Assembly (NCBI GenBank): GCA_035259785.1
Contig: DATFVZ010000181.1
Coordinates: 1 to 47,559 of the forward strand
From: Gemmatimonadales bacterium
Lineage (GTDB): Bacteria; Gemmatimonadota; Gemmatimonadetes; Gemmatimonadales; GWC2-71-9
Length of the DNA stretch: 47,559 bases
Direction of reading: 5' to 3'
The notes beneath the pieces are model-generated. The model was not told the origin of the DNA and made no database searches. It saw only the letters and a list, made by a program, of their open reading frames with translations. Below are positions 34,997 through 45,600 of the stretch, one piece after another (positions within the stretch are counted from its first letter, which is position 1; each line of letters begins with the position of its first letter). The translations under genes and the position numbers were made by a program.

Positions 34997-35536
34997 TCAG
35001 CGCCGCAACTGATAGAACAGCCGGTCGTACGTGTTGCCGCTAAACTCGACGGGTGTGGTGAGAACAACTCCCAATCCGTATTGGACGGTACCGGAATCGG
35101 TTGGACTGTCGTGATCGGTGCGAGTCAGGAAAGCGCCCTCAAACCGCTCTGTGGTGCCGTCGCGATAGACCTTTGTACCGGTTAACACGGCGCCCTCGAC
35201 CTTTGCGTTTTCAAGCTGAAAAGGTCGAGACTCCTCCCCGCCGTCAGCTCCGTGGGCCCGTGCTGTGCCGTCATTGGCGACCTCGACACTGAGCATGTAA
35301 CCCAAGTCCGGTGCCTCATACACACCGGAGTACTCTGTCAGGTTCTGCCTCACGGTGGGTTCACTCCGGACGTCCTTGTACTTCTCCACTCGAACGCCTT
35401 GCTTCGATTTCACAGCGTGTTTGAACTTCGTGAAAGATGTCGCGATCTCTTCAGCCCTTGATTGGCTGGCCAGGTGTCTGGATGGAATCGCAGCGGAGCA
35501 AGCGAGCAAGAATGTGACAGTCGCGAGTGTACGCAT
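34997..35536 (-). CDS. Secreted hypothetical protein
   Basis: I start at ATG 35534-35536 (MRTLATVTFLLACSAA, signal peptide) with GGGGGAGAG upstream. No family recognised. Confidence 0.55.
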   Translation of the reverse strand: MRTLATVTFLLACSAAIPSRHLASQSRAEEIATSFTKFKHAVKSKQGVRVEKYKDVRSEPTVRQNLTEYSGVYEAPDLGYMLSVEVANDGTARAHGADGGEESRPFQLENAKVEGAVLTGTKVYRDGTTERFEGAFLTRTDHDSPTDSGTVQYGLGVVLTTPVEFSGNTYDRLFYQLRR

Positions 35537-35707
35537 CGTCTCTCCCCCTTTTTCACTACGCCTGGAGCTCCCTCTCTGAATGGACACCCCAGAAGCCCAA
35601 TCCGTTGCACGATCCGGTGATCAACCCTTACCGTCAAAGAGGATCCATCAACGGCCAGCGCAACCCAGCGCTGGCCGTTGTGTTTCCCGACACTGAGATT
35701 GCTCTCC

Positions 35708-36784
35708 ATGAAACCAGTTATTCCGGAACCGGTGCTGATTCTGGCAGCTGGTCTCGCAGGTCTTGTTTTGAAGGGCGCTCCGTCTCAAGCCACGTGCAGC
35801 TTGGCCGGGCCAGCGGTGGCCGCTCGGTGGTCAGGAGCAATCCCGACCGCCACGACTGCCGCGGCACCGCTGCGCGTCCGAACCGACGTTCCACTGCCTG
35901 GAACGGCGTCGCGCTTCGACTATCAGAGCCTCGAGCAGAGCAGCGGACGACTCTTCATATCGCACATGGGCGCCGGACAACTCGTCGTCTTCGATGTCCG
36001 CGCCGAGAAGATGCTTGCCAACCTCGACGGCTTTCCCACCGTTACGGGCGTTATCGCTGTGCCCGCCGAGCATCGAGCGTATGCATCGGTAGCGGGGAAT
36101 CACGCTGTCGTCGTCGTGGACGACTCTACGTTTGCCACTGTCGCGCGGATACCCGGTCCGAGCTTCCCCGATGGCCTGGCATACGCGCCCCGTCAGCGAC
36201 GTGTCTTTGTGTCGGACGAGTCTGGACAGCGGGATTTCGTCATCGATGCCGCGACCAACGCCGTGGTCACGCAACTACCCCTCGGTGGAGAAGCGGGCAA
36301 TACCCAATACGATTCGGGATCGGAATGCATCATCGTGGCGGTGCAAACGGCCAATCAATTAGCAGTGATCGATCCTGCCACGGCAACGATCGTGCGGCGA
36401 ATCATGCTGGCCCCGGCCGTGGGTTTTCCGCATGGCTTTTACATCGACGCAGTGCATCGGGTCGCGTTTGTCACGGGAGAAGAGAGCGGGACCCTTGGTG
36501 TCCTGAATCTCGAAACCTTCCAGCTACTTCAGATGCTGCCGGTAGGTCGCGGGCCGGATGTCCTGGCGTTCGATTCGACATTGGGACGGCTTTACGTCGC
36601 TACTGAGTCAGGCGTTGTCTCAGTCTTCGAAGAGCGAGATCGGAAGTTGCGGCAGCTCGGCTGGTATCGCGCGCCGCGCGCACATACAGTTTCGGTTGAT
36701 CCCACAACTCATCGAGTCTACTTGCCGCTGGCCGACGTCGGCGGACGTCCCGTGTTGCGAATTCTCGAACCGAGCGACCGCTAA
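35708..36784 (+). CDS. YncE-like / YVTN-repeat beta-propeller protein with signal peptide
   Basis: I start at the internal ATG (MKPVIPEPVLILAAGLAGLVL). Repeated segments ...RLFISHMGAGQLVVFD, RAYASVAGNHAVVVVD, RVFVSDESGQRDFVID, CIIVAVQTANQLAVID, RVAFVTGEESGTLGVL and RLYVATESGVVSVF are typical propeller blades. Confidence 0.7.
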   Translation: MKPVIPEPVLILAAGLAGLVLKGAPSQATCSLAGPAVAARWSGAIPTATTAAAPLRVRTDVPLPGTASRFDYQSLEQSSGRLFISHMGAGQLVVFDVRAEKMLANLDGFPTVTGVIAVPAEHRAYASVAGNHAVVVVDDSTFATVARIPGPSFPDGLAYAPRQRRVFVSDESGQRDFVIDAATNAVVTQLPLGGEAGNTQYDSGSECIIVAVQTANQLAVIDPATATIVRRIMLAPAVGFPHGFYIDAVHRVAFVTGEESGTLGVLNLETFQLLQMLPVGRGPDVLAFDSTLGRLYVATESGVVSVFEERDRKLRQLGWYRAPRAHTVSVDPTTHRVYLPLADVGGRPVLRILEPSDR

Positions 36785-36805
36785 AACCGAAACGCATTTC
36801 CGACC

Positions 36806-37996
36806 ATGCACGTGACCGATCGCAGCCTCCTGTTGTTCACGCGCTCCCTTCGTCTCTTTGCGTATGGAGCGCTCTCGGTCGTGCTGGTGTTGTATCTCAC
36901 CGAGCTCGGCTTTTCAACATCGCAAATTGGCCTCCTGCTCACGCTCACACTCGTGGGCGATACAGCCGTGTCTTTGTTTCTTACAACGCGCGCGGATCGG
37001 GTCGGTCGGCGCAGGATACTGATCGCCGGCGCAGTGCTGATGGTGCTCGCAGGTACCGCGTTTGCCCTGACGAGCAACTTCCTGGTCATGCTGATCGCCG
37101 GGACGCTCGGCGTGATCAGTCCGAGCGGGAATGAAGTCGGGCCGTTCCTTCCCGTTGAGCAAGCGGCCTTGGCCCACGTCGTCGCGCCCGCAATCCGGAC
37201 GTCCGTATTCGCGTGGTACACGCTGGCTGGTGCGGTCGCGACGGCCATTGGATCGTTGGCCGGCGGCGGTCTGTCGGAAGCATTTCACGGTTACCGTATC
37301 GTGGTGTTCCTATACGCTACGATCGGCATCGTTCTCGGATTGAGCTTCACCCGGCTGTCGCCGAACGTCGAAGTCGCAGTTTCCGAGCGAGCGAGTTCGC
37401 TGTTGGGAATTGGCCCCTCGCGGCGCCTCGTCCTCAAGCTGGCCGGCCTGTTCGCTCTCGATGCGTTCGCGGGTGGGTTCGTGGTGCAGAGCTTCGCGGC
37501 CTACTGGTTCTTCCTCCGGTTCGGCGTCAGCCCTGCGACACTCGGCGCGATTTTCTTCGGTGCGAATGTGCTGGCGGGACTCTCCGCCCTGCTTGCCTCG
37601 CGGCTCGCGGCGCGTTTCGGTCTCGTGCGGACCATGGTGTTCACCCACCTGCCGTCGAACGTGCTGCTGATCCTGGTCCCATTGATGCCGACGATGCCGC
37701 TCGCCGTCGCTGTCCTGTTTGCGCGCTTCAGCATCAGTCAAATGGATGTGCCTACGCGCCAGTCATATCTGATGGCCATCGTGGGGCCCGACGAACGGTC
37801 GGCCGCCGCAGGCGTTACCGGGGTGGCGCGTACGACCGGTGCCGCAATCGCTCCACTGTTTGTTGGACTGCTCTTCGCCCACCCCGCGCTCATAAGCATG
37901 CCGCTTTTCATCGCCGGCACATTGAAAATCGTGTACGACCTGCTGCTGTACCGGGGTTTCGTGAGCATCCGGGCCGCCGAAGAAATCCGGTCCTGA
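36806..37996 (+). CDS. MFS transporter
   Basis: 396 aa, twelve hydrophobic helices and MFS loop motif TTRADRVGRRRIL between TM2 and TM3. Confidence 0.8.
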   Translation: MHVTDRSLLLFTRSLRLFAYGALSVVLVLYLTELGFSTSQIGLLLTLTLVGDTAVSLFLTTRADRVGRRRILIAGAVLMVLAGTAFALTSNFLVMLIAGTLGVISPSGNEVGPFLPVEQAALAHVVAPAIRTSVFAWYTLAGAVATAIGSLAGGGLSEAFHGYRIVVFLYATIGIVLGLSFTRLSPNVEVAVSERASSLLGIGPSRRLVLKLAGLFALDAFAGGFVVQSFAAYWFFLRFGVSPATLGAIFFGANVLAGLSALLASRLAARFGLVRTMVFTHLPSNVLLILVPLMPTMPLAVAVLFARFSISQMDVPTRQSYLMAIVGPDERSAAAGVTGVARTTGAAIAPLFVGLLFAHPALISMPLFIAGTLKIVYDLLLYRGFVSIRAAEEIRS

Positions 37997-37998
37997 GT

Positions 37999-38628
37999 TC
38001 AATCGACAGGACGCCGAGCTCGCTGCTCGGTGACCGCTCGCCAGCAGTACCACGCAGCCACCGTGCGATAGGGCCGGAAGCGCTCGCCGGCGGCCTCGAG
38101 CTCTTTCGGCGTGGGTAGGTTCGGCAACCCATAGGCCAGCGCATATCCTTTGCGAACACCGTAGTCTCCCACCGGCCAGACATCGAGGCGCCGCAACTGA
38201 AAGATCAGGAACATCTCGGCCGTCCACCGTCCGATGCCGTGGACCACCGACAGCGCTGCGATGACCTCCTCGTCGGCAAGCCTGCCCATGCGATGGAGTG
38301 GAACGGATCCCGACACCACCTTTGCCGCGAGGTCGCGAATGGCGGCGACCTTACTCCGTGAGAGTCCGGCGGCGCGAAGCTTTCGGGCCGGCAAGGCCAA
38401 GAGCGTATCGGGAGAGAGGCCACCATCGAACAGCGCCAGGAATCTCCGGTGGATCGCGCCCGCTGCTGCGCCCGCAAGCTGCTGGTAGAGGATGCTCTCG
38501 GCGAGGGCACCAAAGTGGCGTGTGGCGCGCCTGGGAAGGTGGAACGGTGCGCTTCGGTCGATCAGCCTGGCCATGATGGGATCACGGCGTGCCAGCGCCG
38601 CCGCAGCAGCTGAGAAGTTGGTCTTCAT
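37999..38628 (-). CDS. DNA-3-methyladenine glycosylase II-like (HhH-GPD superfamily)
   Basis: I start at ATG 38626-38628 (MKTNFSAAAAALARRDPIMARLI). The helix-hairpin-helix plus catalytic Asp region reads VHGIGRWTAEMFLIFQLRRLDVWPVGDYGVRKGY. Confidence 0.85.
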   Translation of the reverse strand: MKTNFSAAAAALARRDPIMARLIDRSAPFHLPRRATRHFGALAESILYQQLAGAAAGAIHRRFLALFDGGLSPDTLLALPARKLRAAGLSRSKVAAIRDLAAKVVSGSVPLHRMGRLADEEVIAALSVVHGIGRWTAEMFLIFQLRRLDVWPVGDYGVRKGYALAYGLPNLPTPKELEAAGERFRPYRTVAAWYCWRAVTEQRARRPVD

Positions 38629-38750
38629 CCGTTGGCGTAACATACGACTGACAAGCGCTTGTTCCCAATCGCTCGCTGAATACCCTGGCTGCAGCCGTCC
38701 AACGACCGCTGCGACTACCAATCCCCACGCCCCATGCTTAGTCTACTGAC

Positions 38751-39086
38751 GTGCGATCCCCCCTTCTCGGCGCTCTGCTCGCCTCTCTCGTCCTGAATCT
38801 CGGTTTCACCGCGCAAGAACAACGCTGTGTGGGCAAATACGCCAAGCCCATGCCCCTTGGTCACCAACATCACGAACAACAGCAGTCCGTGCCAAATCAT
38901 CAGGAGCACGCCCCGGCAATCCCCATCTGCTGCCAGGCGCTCACGACGTGTTCAGTGACGATCTCGGCGAGCCACGCGACAACGTCAATCGTGAATCCGA
39001 TCGCCCATCGTCAGCTCGGTCTAGTCGCTGAGGTGTCAGCTCAGTCACGCACACCCGCCCCAGACACCCCGCCTCCCAGAGCCTAA
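38751..39086 (+). CDS. Possible small secreted Cys/His-rich protein (very tentative)
   Basis: GTG ORF with a hydrophobic N-terminus (LLGALLASLVLNL), His-rich stretch GHQHHEQQQSVPNHQEH and Cys cluster PICCQALTTC. No SD and only moderate GC3. A competing 64-aa ORF on the other strand (38715..38909) is equally unproven. Confidence 0.25.
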   Translation: MRSPLLGALLASLVLNLGFTAQEQRCVGKYAKPMPLGHQHHEQQQSVPNHQEHAPAIPICCQALTTCSVTISASHATTSIVNPIAHRQLGLVAEVSAQSRTPAPDTPPPRA

Positions 39087-39169
39087 CGCCCCAGCACAAT
39101 CCACGGTCCATCACGCGGCTCGTTGCGAAACCTCTCGCATCGGGCCTGACTCTGGCATTTGAGGCACAC

Positions 39170-40531
39170 ATGATTCGCATAGTCGCACTGGTTGTGGTCG
39201 GTCTCGCCGTTTTCGGTACTCGTGACACTCAGGCGCAACACCCGCAGTACCACGACACCACAGCGCACGTTGCGCGATCGGCGCCCGACACCGGCATGAT
39301 GAACATGCTCGATCCCCTCGGCATTCCGATGGAACGCATGGGTTCCGGCACGACCTGGATACCCGATGCCGTGCCTCTCCCGGCTCGTCACTGGATGGCC
39401 GGATCTTGGCTCGTCATGCTACACGGATTTGGTTTCGTGCAGTACGACGCCCAGGGCGGCCCCCGCGGAGACGAGCAGTTCGGTTCGCTGAACTGGGCGA
39501 TGCTGATGGCGAGCCGCGATCTCTGGGGCGGGCGATTTCAGGCGAGAACGATGCTGAGTCTGGACCCGGCAACCGTGACGACCCAAGGCTATCCGTTGCT
39601 GCTGCAAAGTGGCGAGACGTACCAGGGCCAACCGCTCGTCGACCGGCAGCACCCCCACGACTTCTGGATGGAACTGGCGGTCATGTACGAGCGGGCACTG
39701 TCGTCTACCCTGGGCGTTTCGTTGTACGCGGCACCGTCGGGCGAGCCCGCACTGGGTCCCGTTGCGTTCATGCATCGCCCGTCGGCGATGGACAATCTGG
39801 TCGCGCCGCTGGGTCACCATTGGCAAGACGCCACGCACATCAGCTTTGGTGTGCTCACTGGTGGACTGTTCGGTCACCATTGGAAACTCGAGGGCTCGGT
39901 ATTCAACGGCCGCGAACCCAATGAGGAGCGCTGGGGATTCGATCCGATCCGATTGGATTCCTACTCCGGGCGCTTTACGGCGCATCTCGACTCAAACTGG
40001 ACAGTCTCCACGGGCTATGGCTACCTGAAAAGCCCCGAGGCAGTGGACCCGAGCGCGACTCACCGGGCTACCGCATCGATTCTGCATGGTTCCAGGTTCG
40101 GCCAAGACGGCCACGTCGCGGCGGCCTTCGTTTGGGGTGCGAATCGTCACGCTGGGACGACGTCGCATTCCGCCCTCGCTGAGGCCGAGGCAGTGCTCAA
40201 TCGTGACAACACGATCTTTGGTCGCGTGGAGTTTGTGCAGAAGACCGCTGCGGACTTGGAAGTCGCCAGCAGCATCGTGCCGCCGAACAGGCTGTTTGGC
40301 ATCACGGTGATCTCCGCAGGGTACATCCGGGAACTATTCGGCACCGCACGGGCGACGGTCGGGGTCGGGCTGCAAGGGACGATCAACCGCGTGCCAACTG
40401 ACCTCGAGCAGTTCTATGGGTCACGGACGCCGGTGGGAGGTATGGTGTTCCTCCGCGTTCGGCCGATCCATGGTCCGCACAGGATGTCGGGAATGGCGAT
40501 GCCCATGCGCGACATGCACGAGGAGCATTGA
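39170..40531 (+). CDS. Met/His-rich outer-membrane beta-barrel-like protein, probably metal (copper) associated
   Basis: 453 aa with a signal peptide. The N-terminus reads QHPQYHDTTAHV...GMMNMLDPLGIPMERMGSGTTWIPD and the C-terminus reads HGPHRMSGMAMPMRDMHEEH. It is beta-rich and lies convergent with the copB/cus operon. Confidence 0.65.
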   Translation: MIRIVALVVVGLAVFGTRDTQAQHPQYHDTTAHVARSAPDTGMMNMLDPLGIPMERMGSGTTWIPDAVPLPARHWMAGSWLVMLHGFGFVQYDAQGGPRGDEQFGSLNWAMLMASRDLWGGRFQARTMLSLDPATVTTQGYPLLLQSGETYQGQPLVDRQHPHDFWMELAVMYERALSSTLGVSLYAAPSGEPALGPVAFMHRPSAMDNLVAPLGHHWQDATHISFGVLTGGLFGHHWKLEGSVFNGREPNEERWGFDPIRLDSYSGRFTAHLDSNWTVSTGYGYLKSPEAVDPSATHRATASILHGSRFGQDGHVAAAFVWGANRHAGTTSHSALAEAEAVLNRDNTIFGRVEFVQKTAADLEVASSIVPPNRLFGITVISAGYIRELFGTARATVGVGLQGTINRVPTDLEQFYGSRTPVGGMVFLRVRPIHGPHRMSGMAMPMRDMHEEH

Positions 40532-40565
40532 GACTATGACAGCTCATTAGGGCTGAATCTCCGGC

Positions 40566-42623
40566 CTACAAGCGAACCCGCTTGAGCAGTTGGGCGTTGA
40601 TGGCAACGATCACGGTGCTCGCCGACATTAGCACCGCACCAACGGCCGGTGAGAGCAGAATGCCTTCACTGGCCAGCACCCCGGCCGCCAGCGGAATTGC
40701 AAAGATGTTGTAGCCCGCTGCCCACCACAGATTCTGGACCATCTTGCGGTAGGTAGCCCGCGACAGCGTGACGATTCTCGGAATGTCGCGCGGGTCGGAG
40801 CGCACCAACACGATGTGGCCGGCTTCCACCGCCACGTCGGTCCCTGCTCCAATCGCGATGCCGATGTCCGCGGTCGCTAGCGCGGGGGCGTCATTCACGC
40901 CGTCCCCCACCATCGCGACTTTCCGCCCTTTCCTTTGCAACTCCTCCACCTTGGACGCCTTGTCTTCTGGCAACACCTCAGCGAAGACGGTGTCGATGCC
41001 GAGGTCTTTCGCCACCGCCTGGGCAACGGCCCGCGCGTCGCCGGTGAGCATCGCGACCTCGATTCCGCGCCGATGCAACGCGTCGATCGCCTCTCTGCTC
41101 TCCAGCCGGATCGCATCCGCAACCGCGAACACGGCGATCGCCCCACCGTCGCGAAGCAGGTAAATGGCAGATTGGGCGCGCTGCGCAGCCGTGGAGGCCG
41201 CCTGCTGGAGACTCGCCGACACCTCAGCATTCTCGGCCTTGAGCAGCGCGGGGCCACCGAGCCGATACTCGACACCCTCGACCGTTGCGGCAACACCCTT
41301 TCCGGGAAGCGCTCGGAAGCCCTTGACGGCCGGCAAATCGAGGTTTCGGTCCTCCGCGGTTTTCACGATTCCACGAGCGATCGGGTGCTCCGATTCGGTT
41401 TCAATGGCTGCCGCGACGCGTAGCGCCATATCGGGTGACGTGCCGTCCGCGGCGGCGACATCGACCACGCGAAACTCACCGAGTGTGAGCGTTCCGGTCT
41501 TGTCGAAAATCACTGTATCGAGTGTTCTCGCTTCTTCGAGTCCGCGCCGATCGCGCACGAGCAGCCCGGCGCGCGCGCCAAGGGTCGTTGAGATCGCGAC
41601 GACCAGGGGGACGGCGAGGCCGAGGGCATGTGGGCAGGCGATTACCAGCACAGTCACGACGCGGACAATCGAGAAGTCGATTGGTGCGCCAAGCAGCTGC
41701 CACACGACCATCGTGACCAGCGCGGCCGCAATGGCGGTTCCGGTAAGCATCTGGGCTGCACGATCGGCAAGCACTTGGGCGCGCGACTTGGATTGTTGCG
41801 CCTGGGCCACGAGTCGCATGATGCGCGAGAGCTTCGTGTCATCGCCCGTGGTCTTCACTTCCACGCGAACGGAACCCTGTCCGTTGATCGTTCCCGCGAT
41901 GACTTCGTCGCCCTCACGCTTGTGGACGGGCCGTGACTCGCCGGTGATCATCGATTCATTCAGGCTGCTCTCGCCCTGTCGGACGCTGCCATCGACCGGC
42001 ACGCTTTCGCCTGGTCGAATCAGCACGATATCTCCAGGGTGGAGCATCTCGATCGGGACCTGCTCTTCGGCCCCGTTGTTGATCCGCGTCGCGGTGTCGG
42101 GGAGCAGCTTGGCCAATTCTGCGAGGGCACCCTGAGCGCGCTGGATTGACCGCATCTCGATCCAGTGACCGAGCAGCATGATCGTGACGAGTGTCGCGAG
42201 CTCCCACCACAAGGCGTCCGCGGCAATTAGGCCGAGCTGCACCACCCATGAGAAGACGAAGGCGACCGTGATGGCGAGCGAGATCAGCGTCATCATGCCC
42301 GGCAGCCGATCTCTCAGCTCCCGCCAGGCGCCCTGCAGGAACGCCCGGCCGCCATAGAGGAAAACCAGAGTGCCGAATACTGCAGGGATCCACCGCGAGC
42401 CGGGCACCTCGGGCGCGCGGTATCGCAGCAGCATCTGAATGTGTTCGGACCAGATTACGGCGGGGACTGTAAGGGCAACGGAGAGCCAGAAGCGGCGCCG
42501 GAACATGTCTGGCGAGTGCCCTGCATGCATGTCGTGCGCGCGATGCTCAGTGTGCGCGTGTCGCGCCGATTCTGGAGGAGTCGGGACGTGTGCGTGATGG
42601 TGGTGCTCGTGATGGTCCGTCAT
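40566..42623 (-). CDS. copB: Copper-translocating P1B-type ATPase with His-rich N-terminus and CPH motif (CopB-like, P1B-3)
   Basis: MTDHHEHHHHAHVP...HTEHRAHDMHAGH N-terminus, TM6 ACPHALGLAVP, phosphorylation site DKTGTLT and hinge GDGVNDAPAL. Confidence 0.9.
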   Translation of the reverse strand: MTDHHEHHHHAHVPTPPESARHAHTEHRAHDMHAGHSPDMFRRRFWLSVALTVPAVIWSEHIQMLLRYRAPEVPGSRWIPAVFGTLVFLYGGRAFLQGAWRELRDRLPGMMTLISLAITVAFVFSWVVQLGLIAADALWWELATLVTIMLLGHWIEMRSIQRAQGALAELAKLLPDTATRINNGAEEQVPIEMLHPGDIVLIRPGESVPVDGSVRQGESSLNESMITGESRPVHKREGDEVIAGTINGQGSVRVEVKTTGDDTKLSRIMRLVAQAQQSKSRAQVLADRAAQMLTGTAIAAALVTMVVWQLLGAPIDFSIVRVVTVLVIACPHALGLAVPLVVAISTTLGARAGLLVRDRRGLEEARTLDTVIFDKTGTLTLGEFRVVDVAAADGTSPDMALRVAAAIETESEHPIARGIVKTAEDRNLDLPAVKGFRALPGKGVAATVEGVEYRLGGPALLKAENAEVSASLQQAASTAAQRAQSAIYLLRDGGAIAVFAVADAIRLESREAIDALHRRGIEVAMLTGDARAVAQAVAKDLGIDTVFAEVLPEDKASKVEELQRKGRKVAMVGDGVNDAPALATADIGIAIGAGTDVAVEAGHIVLVRSDPRDIPRIVTLSRATYRKMVQNLWWAAGYNIFAIPLAAGVLASEGILLSPAVGAVLMSASTVIVAINAQLLKRVRL

Positions 42624-45600
42624 GGAGCCTCGCGCCGCAATTGCCAGTTACGCCACAGAAAGTAGACCGCGGGTATCACAACGAGTGTCAGCAGCGTCGA
42701 CGTAATCATGCCGCCAACCATTGGTGCCGCGATGCGCTTCATAACGTCGGCTCCGGTCCCCGTGCTCCACAAGATCGGTGCGAGCCCGGCCATGATTGCC
42801 ACCACCGTCATCATCTTGGGCCGCAGCCTTCCCACAGCGCCCTCCTCGATCGCCGCGACGAGGTCGGCCAATGTCCGCCGTCCCTTCGCAGTCCGCTCTT
42901 TCCACGCCTCGTCCAGGTAAACGAGCATCACCACGCCCGTCTCCGCCGCGACTCCCGAGAGCGCGATCATCCCCACCCACACCGCCACACTCGTGTTATA
43001 GCCCAACGCCCACAGCGACCAAATGCCGCCGACCAACGCAAACGGCAGCGCCAGCATGACGATCAGCGTCTCCTCGACACGACGGAAATTGAGGTACAGC
43101 AGCAGGAAGATGATCGCCAGCGTGACGGGGACGACGAGTTTCAGTTTCTGGGTGACGCGCTGCATGAACTCGAACTGCCCACTCCACGTTAGACTGTAGC
43201 CCGCCGGCAACTTGAGCTCCGCGGCGACCATTCGCTGTGCGTCACGCACGTACCCACCCAGATCTCGGCCCTCGATGTCGACATAGACGGTTGTCACCGG
43301 AAACGCATCGTCGGTCTTAACAGCCATGGGGCCTTGGACGACATTCACCTGAGCGACCTGGCCCAGTGGGATTTGGAGACCCGACATCGCCGGCACGACG
43401 ATCTCGCTCAGTTTCTGCGCGTCGTCGCGCAGCTCGCGCGGATAGCGCACGTTCACTTCGTAGCGCTCCCGACCCTCCACAGTGATCGCCGCGGTCATGC
43501 CGCCTGCCGTAGCCATTACGACGTCATGCAAGTCGCCGGCGTTCAACCGATATCGCGCGGCCTGGGCGCGATCGGTCCGGATGTCGATGTAGTATCCCGA
43601 GACGTTTCGCTCGGCAAAGACGTTGCGCGTACCCGGCACCATTTTGACGATGCGCTCGATGGCAATGCCGAGCTGCTGCAGTGTGTCCAGGTTCGGCCCG
43701 TACACCTTGATTCCGACCGGCGTTCGCACGCCTGTGGCGAGCATGTCGATGCGGTTCTTGATCGGCATGGTCCACGCGTTGGTTACACCGGGCAGGCGGA
43801 CCGCGCGATCCATCTCGCTCACGAGCCGCTCCGTCGTCACGCCGCGACGCCACTCGTTGTGCGGTTTGAGCACGATGGTGGTTTCGTACATGTCCAGTGG
43901 TGCTGGATCGGTCGCTGTATTCGCCCGACCCGCCTTTCCAAAGACCGATGCGACTTCGGGAAAACTCGCGAGCACGCTGTCCTGGTAGCGCATGATCTCG
44001 CGCGCTTGGCCGATGGACACACCGGGCACCGTCGTGGGCATGAACAGCAGGGAACCCTCATCGAGCGGTGGCATGAATTCGCTGCCGAGCCTGCTCCACG
44101 GGAGAATCGTGACGAGCAGCACGATTGCAGTTGCCGCGACGACGTGCCAAGGGCGGTGGAGCACCCACGCGATGACGGGCCTATAGACGCGCATCAACGA
44201 GCGATTGATCGGATTCCATTCCTGCGGGCGGATGCGGCCGCGGACGAGAAAACCCATCAGGAGCGGCACGAGCGTAATCGAGAGCAGCGCGGCGCCGGCC
44301 ATTGCAAACGTTTTCGTGAAGGCGAGCGGCTTGAAGAGCCGGCCTTCCTGTTGCTCGAGCGTGAAGACCGGCAGAAACGAGACAGTGATGATCAGCAGAG
44401 AGAAGAAGAGCGGCGGCCCGACCTGCACGGTCGCCTCGCGCACGATCTCCCAGCGATCGCGTCCTGAGCCGCGTTCGAGGTGCTTGTGCAAGTTCTCGAT
44501 CATCACGATCGCTGCGTCTACCATCGCACCTATTGCGATTGCGATACCGCCGAGGCTCATGATGTTCGCGCCGACGCCGAGTGCGCGCATGACGAGAAAC
44601 GAGATCAGGATGCCAAGAGGCAGCGTAACGATCGCCACCAGCGCCGAGCGGAAATGCAGGAGGAACAGCACCGACACGAGCGCCACGATTATCGACTCTT
44701 CCAGCAGGGTGCGGTTCAGGTTGACGATGGCGCGGTGAATGAGGTCCGACCGATCGTAGACGGGAACGAGCCGCACGCCACTGGGGAGACTTCCCTGGAT
44801 TTCAGTGATGCGGTGCTTGATGGCCCTGAGAGTCTTCAGCGCGTCGCTCCCGAACCGCATGATCACGATCCCCGCAACGACTTCACCTCGGCCGCTCAAG
44901 TCTGTCGCCCCTCGCCGCGGAGCTGGTCCCACTTGTACGGACGCAACGTCGCCAACGCGAATGGGTGTGCCGGCCATCGTGGCGCCCACAGGCACGGACT
45001 CGATCTCTGAGACCGTTCGGAGATAGCCAAGACCGCGAATCATGTACTCGCGGCCGCCCATTTCGATAACGCGTGCCCCAACATCAGCATTATGCGAGCC
45101 GATCGCCTCAACGACGCGCATCACTGGGATCCGATAGGCGCGCAGTCGTTGGGGATCGACTTCCACCTGGTATTGCTTGACATATCCGCCGAGACTCGCG
45201 ACTTCGGACACGCCGGGAATCGCTGTGAGCTGGTAGCGCACATACCAATCCTGCAGGCTGCGGAGTTGCGCAAGATCGAGCGAGTCGCTTTCCAAGACGT
45301 ACTCGAACACCCATCCAACGCCGGTCGCGTCCGGACCGAGGGTTGGCTCCACGCCCGCTGGGAGGCGCTGGCGCAGCCCATTCATGTACTCGAGCGCACG
45401 CGAGCGCGCCCAGTATGGATCGGTCCCGTCCTCGAACAGGACATAGACAAGTGACTGGCCGAAGAATGAGTAGGCCCGCACGACGCGCGCGCCGGGGACC
45501 TTGAGCATCTCGGAGGCGATTGGATACGTCACCTGATCCTCGACGATCTGCGGCGCCTGCTCGCTGAAGTCAGTCTGAATGACGACCTGCACGTCCGACA

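Noticed and set aside
35527-36606. 359-aa plus-strand ORF overlapping the YncE-like gene
   Set aside because: It is off-frame and Arg/Ser/Cys-rich. The 35708..36784 frame shows clear repeated propeller blades.
38715-38909. 64-aa minus-strand ORF (MLLMIWHGLLLFVMLV...) in the AlkA/copper-locus gap
   Set aside because: It has no SD and no recognisable family, and it overlaps the equally uncertain plus-strand Cys/His-rich ORF. The evidence is insufficient to call either confidently.
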